Assembly: GCA_051362555.1 (NCBI GenBank)
Contig: CM120642.1
Span: 5,270,001-5,334,000 of the forward strand
Reading direction: 5' to 3'
DNA length: 64,000 nt
Origin: Lingula anatina
Lineage: Eukaryota > Animalia > Brachiopoda
The translations under genes were made by a program, and so were the position numbers. The notes below the pieces were generated by a model. The model saw nothing but the letters and a program-made list of their open reading frames with translations, was not told the DNA's origin and did no database searches. Positions 27,401 to 38,800 of the stretch are shown one piece after another (the stretch's first letter is position 1; the number at the start of each line of letters is the position of its first letter).

Positions 27401-30400
27401 TTGACTTGTACACACGTGTTTGGGCATGCGAGTCCTATTTGCATTCAGGTCCAACCTCTGAGACTTCAATACGCAGTGTCCATCATTCTTTTAAAAAACA
27501 CATCGACTTTTGATATTAACATATAGAACTCTAACTGGTAGTTTTCAAAAGACCCATGTTTAAAGAAACTTGTTAAAACCTCACCTGTGACTTTCTCATG
27601 AATTATGATAAAAAAGTTGGTCTGGCAATAATGAAAGGCCAAGTTGTACCATTAGTTCTTTTTCAAGAATAAGATATTGTGCATTCCCCAAGGCCATCCC
27701 AGACCTGCCTATTAATCTTACAGTCAATCAATGAATTCTGTACACAAAGCAGGCATCAAAATTATCCTTGAAAAGTTTTCTAATTATGTTAAAAGCATTT
27801 CAGGCAATGCACAGTTATCTAAATTGAAATGCTAATTATGATTAAAAGCCAGAATTAAGGTTAATGTGATTGTACACATTTTGCGTGATTAACAGATATG
27901 TAATTTTGTAATTTGTGAATTCCTTTACTTAAATATTTTCGGTGACTTTACCTGTGACACTGACACTGACACTGTTAGGACAAAAATTACAGCATACATA
28001 CCAAAGGGGCAATTGCCAAAAGAATGTCAAAATTTGAGTCCATTTCTTTGAAACCTCTTTCTTTCTTGTATAAAATATTGTGGAATGACACTTTATGGTT
28101 TTTGAAGTAACTATTGACCAAAATCTTGGCTGCACTCAGCAACAAAATAAAAAGCCTGAGAATCTCCCTTAGGAATGTTCCCCATCTCAGGACTCATTAA
28201 CAGACCTTAGATATTTCTTCAAAACCAAACTACAATTCACTCACAAGCCAATTTAAAATCAGCCATTGTGGTTCAACATAACAAAATAACAATCAAATAC
28301 CGACTTATTGCGATATTTAATTAAATAAGGGGACGAAAAACATGTCCTGAAAAATTTTGTGCCAACAGAGTTACAGGATGTAAGGTTGACACAAAATGGA
28401 TAATGCTGAAAAACCTATTTCTAATTTATTTTCTAGATCTGCTGGTCACTGTAGATGTTTCACATATATACAAAAGTCAAATGTCTGAAATGTTAGCATA
28501 AACGTACCGTCCATATATAAATATGTATATTCACCATCAACCAGTTCACAAAATGATCACTTTTTAATACTTTATACGCTAGTGTAAAAAATAATCCATA
28601 ATAAATTTATCAAATCTGTTTGTTTCCTACTATCTCAGTCTAAATGCATGCTAATGCTACTGCCATTTCATATTCAAAATCCTAAGAACATATTGATTAA
28701 GAAAAAAAAAATCACTTCAAACGCCTAACTCACCGATTCACACTTGGCCATGTTAGCTTTTGTCTGCCTTTGGCACATAAACATTAAAGCAAATGCTAAT
28801 AGATTGAGTGTAAGCAAATGCCTCTGCTACTGCAAAACTCGATGTGGTTCCAGGCAAACTCTTTGCGCAAAAGGTGCTCCGAGCAATTGAAGCCAGAAGA
28901 AGAGTGTCGTTTCCACTTCTGTTTAGCACCACTACTTGTGGGTGCAGCCATGCTGAAGTCCTCCTGTGCTATAGCATCCCATTAAGAAAAGTCTCGATTT
29001 TACTCTGATATTAAATGATATCACCCTTCATACTTAGCTTCTACGTTTATACTATATACTGCCAGTAATGTCCAATGAAAAGCCCCCTAATATTAGTATT
29101 GCAATATTCACCTTCAGGGCCCTCTTTCCTGGCAATGAATTTTTAAAATGAACAGGAGATGGCTTAAATTCCTACGACTTTGTTTCAGTGCCAGTGACAG
29201 ATTACTGCAATGATTGCTGGGTTTTATTTACTGTATTAAAATGTGCAACAATGCTGATCAAAAATTTTTCTTAAATAAACTATTTTAACTGCTAAGTCTT
29301 ACACAGAAAAATATAACAGCTAAGTTTCGTCTGCGAGGATGAACACTCTTTTGCTCATGCAGAACACGCATGTATGCACGCACATGCACATACACACACA
29401 CACACACATACACACACACACAACCTGTGTCTTTGGTCTGATATTTCATTAGCAAAGAAACCGAGCTATGCTCTACTGGGGACTATCCATTATCTTCATA
29501 TACGACTTCTCGCGGGACTGCAGATTAGTGCTCCCTTAAAAAGGGTTGTACAGATCAATAAATAATGCTTCACAACATTTTAATGCCTTCATTACAAAGT
29601 CAGTCTGAATTTTGTCATCGACTTTTTAAAAATTTATACAGCAAACACGTGACCAACCCGAGTGTCAATGCTCATGGTCATATAGTTATAGGAATGATAA
29701 AGCGGGCCAAGTCCAAATTGTATTCTAATACCCAGGGTATTGTGCTATTTGACTTGTATTTAGACATACTTCACTTATAAGGTCACATCTTGGTGTTGTA
29801 TTGGCTTTTGGTCACATATCTGCTATCTCTGTCTAATTTTAATACTCAGTGAATTGAATAAGACTTTAGTTTGCATTACATAAGTTATCTGTACTTTTTT
29901 ATATATTTTGTTAATCTGTGTGTGTGTGTGGGGGGGGGGGGGGGGGGTTTGGGGGACTCTGTGTTATGTACTGGATAGATGGGTCACCATCATCACTTTG
30001 ATTCTTAGGGTGAAAGCTGCAATACGACCTACAGACAAATAAAGATAGAGCTGTTAGAGAAAAGGCAATGCCAGGTCTAACTTTGGCCTCCGTGTCTGTA
30101 CAACACTATTAACCTGCAGAACTATGAAAATAACTTCCAACTGCCATTAGAGCAGAAGAGAATTACCATGGCTTCAGCATTTAAAAAATGCCGCTAGGGA
30201 TATCCGATAATACTCTGATTTCCTTCTACATTACTCAAAAGAATTTTCTCTTTTGGCCATTTTTGGTTCCATTGGGCTGTATCCCTAGCCAGCCAAGTGC
30301 ATGGAGGTTTCTTGAGTTCTGCCTATACTTGAAGGAACTCAAGTTAGCATACGGCCATTATTGATCCATAGTGGGGTACGTCTGGTTCGGTGCCAGTTTC

Positions 30401-31113
30401 AATCTTCTGTATACTGTACAATCATACGTATTATATATTGTTGAGAAGGCATACCCATCATCTCTCATGTGTGCAACTGCCAGCTTTATAATGCTAATAC
30501 TCCATTACCAACTACATAGCAGCCAAACTTTTTAACTCACAACCAATCATCAATCAATCGATCTATTGACCAATCAGTTAGTCATTTATTCATTAAATAC
30601 CTCTGTTGTCAGGTACACTCGGCACCTTTGATTATCATTATTTTAATGACTTTTGAGGAAAGTCTAAATAAAATCCAAGGGAACAACAATGAAAATGCAA
30701 TTACATATTCTCAATACCGGATTCCAAGAAAACAACACAAAGCTATCTTCATTTGTTTCTTTGAGGATAGCATTAAAGGTACTTAATGGGGTTGACCAAA
30801 GTTGAACCATGATAAAAAACAGTGGCATATACATCATCATCATCACAGAAAACACTAAATGGAAAGAAATAGACTTTAAAACAAAAAGACATGCATTCTT
30901 GCATGTATCATGTATATTAAATCATAAAAAGAAACAAAAATTGTGATCTTACTTTTACAGAATTATATCAAATAACTGTTGTTCCACTGGATTTTCTAGG
31001 CACTTCATTTTGTGGGAATAAATCAATTGAAAAGTTGAAGTAGGCAGATTCTCCTAAAATAATTTTTTCTTTTGGCAGAAAATCAATAAGTTAGAACAAA
31101 ATCGCTAGTTTCT

Positions 31114-31173
<60 letters not shown>

Positions 31174-34100
31174 AGCTTCCAAAGTGTTCACAAAGTCACT
31201 AGAAGCATGAGGGCTTGAAAATTTAAACATAATATGCAATTGTGTAATAAATAAATGATTCAATTACAAATTCATTCATGATAAAATTACAATTATATCT
31301 ACTTGTGAAATTTATCAAGTAAAATTTTTTTGGGTAGTGAGTCTGTAACTCTGACATTAACAACCCAGATGATAACCTTTTCTTTTCTATATTAAAATAT
31401 TAATACAGATTTTGTATGAAATCTAATATGTTATCTGATCTCCAAGTTTCAAAGGTTGAAAAAGCTCCTCCAGCAATATATGGGACAAATGATGGAACCT
31501 ATCCACAAACCCACTCATTGCTCTCCCATACATCTTACTGACAATCTTAACTTTCTGAATTCTCCATGGGCAGAGTGAAATAAGGAGAAAAAAATGCCAC
31601 AGACAAAAACATGATGAAAATTACCTCCTCATGGTAGCGAATAGCCTGAGCGAAATTACCCAACAGATAATGGGTATTGCCGAGGTTACCGCAGGCTCTT
31701 CCCTCAGCTGCTCTGTCCCCAAGCTCTTGTACGATTTTGAGATTCTCCCTGAAAAATCAATTCAAAACAATATGAAAACATATCTGAGTCACATTTTTCA
31801 TCTTTTACAACATTTTCTTTGAATTATGAATTTAAAAAAAAATTGGTAATTGACTGGTCCTGTGGGTCTAAATAAAGAGATAAATGTTTATCTATATTTC
31901 TAATACGCTGACAAGCAAACTATTTTGTAACACATACACAAAATAGACTATGATAAAAATAAGTTAATTAATTCAGTCTCCATGACACATCACTCAACTA
32001 ATTACTAAAGCACATATCATTAAAGTTACAGTGACTAATCTGCAATTCTATTTGTAGAATTAATCTGGGTCAACCTGACCTACTTACTCATAATAATCTG
32101 CTGCCTGTTGCAGGGCCTCCTTGACCTCTGGTGTGAACTCCCCAGGGTCCTGTTGACCGTTACGCCCAACTTGCTTTCCTTTGGCATGATACACGTTACC
32201 AAGATTGTATAGGGCTCTAGCTTCTCCTACCTAAAATACATTCATCAAATTGAGAGACGGTTAACAGAAAATAGAGTTAAAGACAAAAAAAAAAAAAAAA
32301 ATAGAAGAATGGGACACAAGAAAGGAACATAAACCTCAAATAAAATCCACTGGAATAAATACCAAAAACATTTTGAATTAAAACTTAAATAAAATTTACT
32401 GAAAAAAACAAAGATAAATTGAGAAACTTAAAGAAAACAGATATTATTTGGAAAAATTGATAAAAGCATGACCTTTAAAAAAATTCCAGACTTCACTTTT
32501 TTTGTGGAACTGAAGCACAGTCCAATTTTTAAACTCATTTACTTCACTGTGATGATCATGTAACAGTTTTCAGATTGTCTGTAATACATTCTTATTTTCA
32601 TTTTATATCACAAACGTTAAAAAATTCAACTGCCACCTTATGAATCTTCTAAGACTGAAATAAATTACAAATATACTGACAGCGATCAAAAATTATTTGG
32701 TAATAGTCTGTCTCTAATATCGTCATACAGAATTATCAATCATTTACACTGAAGTGGGAAGAAAGCTACATAATGACCAGCAGGTAAACATATCCAAAGC
32801 TAAAGTTCAACAGAAAATGCCACTCTCATTCAAATGATTCAGTTTCCACTCCCATGCAAGCACTCAGAAGAAAAGAATTCTCATAAAACTTTAAAATTCA
32901 ATCTCCGTAATCCATTGACTCAGATTCCAATCTTTTCTCCCTTTATATCTGCCATTTTTTTCTACAGGACAGAGCAGCAAAACTGTCAAATGTACAGACA
33001 TAAAGCAGAAAGAAATGATAACAGTGCACACATACAAAAAAATTTTTTTTTGAAAATTTGATGCAATATTACACAATGCTTAACAGTGAAGTCGCCATCA
33101 ATTTTCATTTATGTACTAGAGGTTACATGGACAATCAGAAAATGAATCTAGCAAAGGGCATCAGGGCCATGGAGATTTTAAATCACACACTGAAAATGTC
33201 AATAAGTGCATACAGAAAAAGAATGCAATTAGGATTGTTTTCAAACGCAAGCTGTATTTTAATCCTTATAATCATTCCTTTAAGTATGGATATCCTTTAA
33301 GTATGGATATCATAAGTCATATGATTATTATTTACAATGAAAGTTGCCTTGCTGATGTCAGATGCAGGTGATAGCTATATGTACAGATGCTGTGTCTGTA
33401 CATAAAAAAGCAAACCATGCCAAACTGCATTTATCTTCATAAAGTGAACAAGATTCCATAATTATTTGAAAGTTTTTCATTCCCAGTTATAAAATATATC
33501 CATCTCAGCAGAAACTGTCGTATCATTCAGAACTTTTTTTTTTAGAACAACAAACAAAACATTCTAGGGAGATCAATCAATTTTGTTTAAATCTAGTAAA
33601 AAGTTGCAGTATGTGTTTGAATATTCCCACAGGTTTCAGCAAGCCTAATTCAAAATCTATTCAGGAAGTCTCTGGGTAGCCTAGTTAGCCGAGTCGGATA
33701 TCAACTTGAGGTTCAATGAGCTTTACACTAAAAAGGCTGCATGTACTCCTGGGTTTTCAACATCATGCATGTAAAACATATTAATTTCAAACAAGCTGGC
33801 TCTGCCAAACATGAATCAATAACAGTGGGGATACAATATAGACAAATCAGCATCTTGTGTTTGAAACTTCTGGAATCCATATTCATGATATGCAGTTTGC
33901 ATGGTTTCCAAACCCCTGTGGATTTAAAAAAATCTTGATTGAATTTGCTTTTTTCTTGCATTTATATTGGAGAAGAAATTGAATGTTGTGTCTTTTGGAT
34001 AATGAGCCATAGCAAACTCCATAACATTAGAATAATGACACTGATGGTTTCCTTTCATTTGTAACTTATAAAAGAGGGGCAGCTTCTGGTTTCTGTTATT

Positions 34101-35811
34101 TAAAATCTTTAAATTAAAAAAAAATGCTATACATCACCTTTGCCAAAAAATGAAAATAACAGCAAACACATTACCATGATATTGACATTTTTGTTGAAGT
34201 CAAGAAAATTGAAGTGATGTACGTCTATAATAGGAAACTCCAAACAACATTTTTCATGCAACTTAAATCATAAGAATTGCCTCTTAATTGCTGCTTGACC
34301 TTCACTGCATTTCTAGAACTGTGCAACATTAGATACTTCCATCTGTCAAACACTCATACACTTTAGCAAGTTAATTATATAAATTAAACAATGTATGCAG
34401 TACTGTCAAAATGCATCTTTTTTCAAAAGAGAGATATATAGCAATTAGTTTCATTATAATATTCATTTAAAACAGGATTTAATATGGTGACATTATTCAC
34501 GAATGAAAATTTTAATTGGGAATCAAAGATTAGAACGCTAATAACCAATATAACACATACGTTCAGCATATAGTTCACCAATAGCGATGGCATCTCAGTT
34601 TTTTGTTCAACTGTGGTAGAGAAGCAGTTGAGATTGCTCATTGTATTCCAGCAGAAAATGAAATGTTCTGTAGGAGTAACATGAACTAATATAACAACAA
34701 TAATTTGAATTAATTATTTTTTTTTTTTTGGTTGGAGATGGAGATATAATGGTATCCTTTTTATATGCACAGTTCTATATAGCTAGAATGTAAAATTAAG
34801 ATTATTCCTTTTGGCACTTATTTCGACCAGAAATTGGAATTAAATGAGTCCTCAGATGACCATATAATGAGGCTCAATAAAACATCTTTGTATTATCCTC
34901 ATCTTATGGCACAAATTTGCGCAATTTCCGATCGAAAACAGTGCCAATATGAAATCACCCAATCTCTCCACACCAGTAAAGCACACTGCTTTGAACTTCT
35001 CAACAATTCAAACATATTTCAAATGTACCCTGCCAATTCGTCTAACATTTCTGGTTAGCCTTCCACCTTCTGTAGGCTGAAATATGTTCACATTATAACA
35101 TGATGACAAAATGTTTATTTTTAATTTTTATATCCAGAAATGATTAAAAGTGGCCCTAAATTTACATCGATTCTGTTAGTATGACAGTTGACATTTGAAA
35201 ATCACCTCTAGTAACTATCACATAAACTATTATTATTATTATTATTATTGTGTCATTATTATCACATAAATGAATCCTTTGGCCAGAGGCAATCCCTTGC
35301 CAGATTTATTATTGTGCTTCAACCTATAAAAAAACTTCTTTATCATGACTTCTAATTAGTACACAGAGAGTAATGCACTTTCAATCCTCTTTTTCAGGAA
35401 CTGTGCACTTTGTAGTAAAGACTGAAAAAATGATGGAAATGATAAATTGATGAAATGCAATGGTAGCCAGAGGGCACAATATAAACATATTAGGGAACTG
35501 AAAAGAAATTATTTATAACCATTACAACTATCATGTTGAAAATGAGAATGTTTCACCTTGCGTGTATTTTCTCCCTACAAGTTGAAGGCTGACGAAAGAC
35601 TGCTGAAAAACAAATCGGGATTCTTGGGTAAAAATGTGCACAAATAGGATCACAATTCAGAGGAATAAAAACAAACGTGACTGAAAGACAAACTAATTTG
35701 TTTCAAAATCAATATCAAAATGTCAATCTTTCTTCTTTTCTTTTTTTCACAGAATTTATTTTATTTTTCCTCATTTTTGTAGTATGCAGCTTTGTCTCAC
35801 ACATTGTTTGC

Positions 35812-35854
<43 letters not shown>

Positions 35855-38800
35855 AGAGATGGCTTTTTGCCCTTTGGCTTGAACAGAATAACACCAGTCA
35901 AACCCAAATATATGGCTTCTCTCCATTAAGACAATGTCTTTGTTTCATCTTCTGTCAACCTGTTCTAGTTGGCAGAGTCATTTCACCATGGATGAACCTG
36001 CCTTAATTGCTGATTAAAAATAGAAGGAAAAAGAAAAAAAAAACTGCCAAACTCTCTTGGGATGAATACAGAGCCTGTGATCTTGAAGAAAAATAAAAAA
36101 TCTCCCTTAAAACGGTTGGGTTTGGTCCAACTCTTTTCAGCTGATTGTGCAGGAATGGAGACTGATAACTAACTACACATAGTTTTATAATGATAGGATG
36201 TGCAGTCAACTGAAGACGAGACCTTGATTCTAAATAAATGACTTAATCGGGCAAAGTCACTGAATGGAAAGCTCAGGAGCAGTGGCAATCTGAATCTGTC
36301 TGCTGAACAGAGACGATTCGTGTTAACAGTCAACTCAAGTCACATTTTCAGAGTCATATATCCTATTTTCAGATTCTATGTATGCTAAGTGTGTGTGTGT
36401 GTATGTGTGTGTGTGTGTGTGTGTGTGTCAAAACTGTGTGGTTATCAGTCTACACTATTTGCTACTTATATTATAAACTGGCAATGTTATCATTCTATCT
36501 GTCACTGAAGGAGGTCATGTTTTCAGTATCCTTTTGTCAGACTGATAAAAGTCTATCTGTCTGTCTGTTTGTAAGTGGCTATGATATCTAAAAAGTTCCT
36601 AACACATTTAGTTTAAATTTTAAAGAAATACAGATATTCAGATGGGAAAGAAATAATTACAACTTCGCCTGAATCTTGGGTCTCCTAATATCTTAAAAAA
36701 ATTGTTTTATCTTAGTTTTAGATATCTTTTTCAGTCAATAAATGTTTTTCCTTAGTGGAGGGCTGTCTTTTTGAAGTTCTCATTAGTTGCTACTGGTATT
36801 CACTACACAGTGTTAAAAAGACAGATCTATATTGACATTTTCAGTGTCCAAAGAAAACTAAATATTACAAGTAAAGGTCACACCAGTTGTAGCTTGATAT
36901 GAAAAGGATAGAGTTCAGCACTGTTCTCTGTGAACTGCATTCATCTGAACTTGCTCTAGGAAGTTGGTAGTCTGATTGTCATTAATCATGTGTGTCACAA
37001 TGGGGTACCTCTGTAATCTACAGGTCAGTGACCATTCTGACCATTTAACTCAAAGATAAAAAATATTATCTGGTAAAAAAAGTGTTTGGTGCAATTCCAG
37101 TGTCTACCTGATTTAGGTCCTTCATGGTTTTAACCAAAACTTCACTGGACTCTGTTTAAAAAAAATAAGAAGAGAACAGCAAATTGTTTTCTTGTGTAAC
37201 TTGTTTAATGAAAATGGACTTTCCCTGTAAGTAGATCTAATCACCTTGCAAAAGAACAGGATTATCAGAGTATCTGGTTACCCATGTTGTTCTGGTATCA
37301 AACCATTTCATAAGCGGTTTTGACTGGAATGCGAAAGTTTTTTCCCCAATAAGTAATAAAGCTAATCTTAGGCTGTGTGTTCATGTAATCTGATCATCAT
37401 TTTTTGATTGGTTTACACATCTGCGCATTTTTCCAAGAATTCAAATTCCTAGAAAGAGATAAAGGTGAAGAAATTTATGCAAATAGAAAAAAAAAATGCC
37501 ATTTCTACCATTTCATATAAACTGCAGTGTCAAACCAATGGTCCTCCAACATTAAAAGCATTTTGTACAGAAAAAATTATATAATATTATATATATTGAA
37601 GTTCCTTTTTGTATTTTTGCATGATCAAAATTGGTAATTAATTAATTGATTAATAAATTACTTAATTCTTTCTCTCTCTCTCTCTCTCTCTCCCCCCCCC
37701 TTGCCAGTGTGAAAGAGTTAGAAAACTTTAAGAATGGATATCTCACAATCACTATCAGTACTGATAAGTTAATTGGAGTGTATGTGCAAGTGTGTGCATG
37801 TAGCATATTTAGATTGTCTATGTTTTTCAGTGCCATTTCATGATCATAGTTTTTTCTTCTTTTTACAATAGATGCTTTCCAGGGCACTTACGGTAAAGTG
37901 CCATGAATTTCAAATGGCTCTTGAATTTCAAACGATCTTAAAATCGGCCGTCTGGAGTTTTTTCTGTACCATGAATTTCGGCCAGTAAGCAATTTTGCGC
38001 GATCTTGATTTCGTGAATTTCGTACGCCTTAAAATCGGCCGCCGGGCTATTCTCGCGCTTATAAAGATCTAACAGTCGGCAATGTTGCCCTAGCGTACCT
38101 TTACCTGAGTACTACGTGTGCGGCCCAAGGTGCAAGATAACGATCGGTACAGTTAGTTTAGGATGCTAAACAACATCGTCATATCCATTCATTCAGATAA
38201 CAGGAGAATCTATTAAGAGTTGTACTGTCGGGCTGTTGTTTCTTTACCGCAGTATTCGGTGTGAGATAGCGATCGGTAGTTTTGCTGAGGCGCACAATCG
38301 CATTGTTAACAGTAGAGACTTCAGTAACAGAACAAAAGAGCAATATTAAGAGCTGCAAAAAAGATTACCATTATTGCTTTCTTGTCTCGCTCAGATCGTT
38401 CACGATCTCCCGCTGACGATCTTCCGCTAATGTAGTCACTTGAAATGTACAAATGAAATGAAAAATATTTTTAAAAATTATAAATTCCAATGGGGAGGGA
38501 TGGAGGGTTAAAAACAATCGAGAACGATCTCCGGCTGACAATCTTCCGCAAACGAAAGCCACTGAATGAGTATGAGCTTTCTCGTTTCACTCGGATTGCG
38601 ACGCTGACGATACGAAAATTGCGTTATGGTCTCACCCTTTTAGCTTACGAAGTCTCTTTAACAAATATGAAAATTGCCTCCTGGTCTCTCTCGGATTGCG
38701 AACGATCTCTCGCTGAAAATTTGAAATTTTCCTTTCTGTCAATCAGCTTTGTCAGTTGCCGTGCGTATGAAGGTCCGGAAGGTGTCCCCTTTCACAAATT

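Noticed and set aside
33675-33720. tRNA-like A box (TAGCCGAGTCGG) and partial B box
   Set aside because: No cloverleaf can be formed. At most this is a decayed SINE head.
35557-35602. 46-nt minus-strand segment with acceptor and donor in GPSM intron 2
   Set aside because: It does not preserve the frame and the donor (gtgaaa) is weak. It could only be a UTR or poison exon, for which there is no support.
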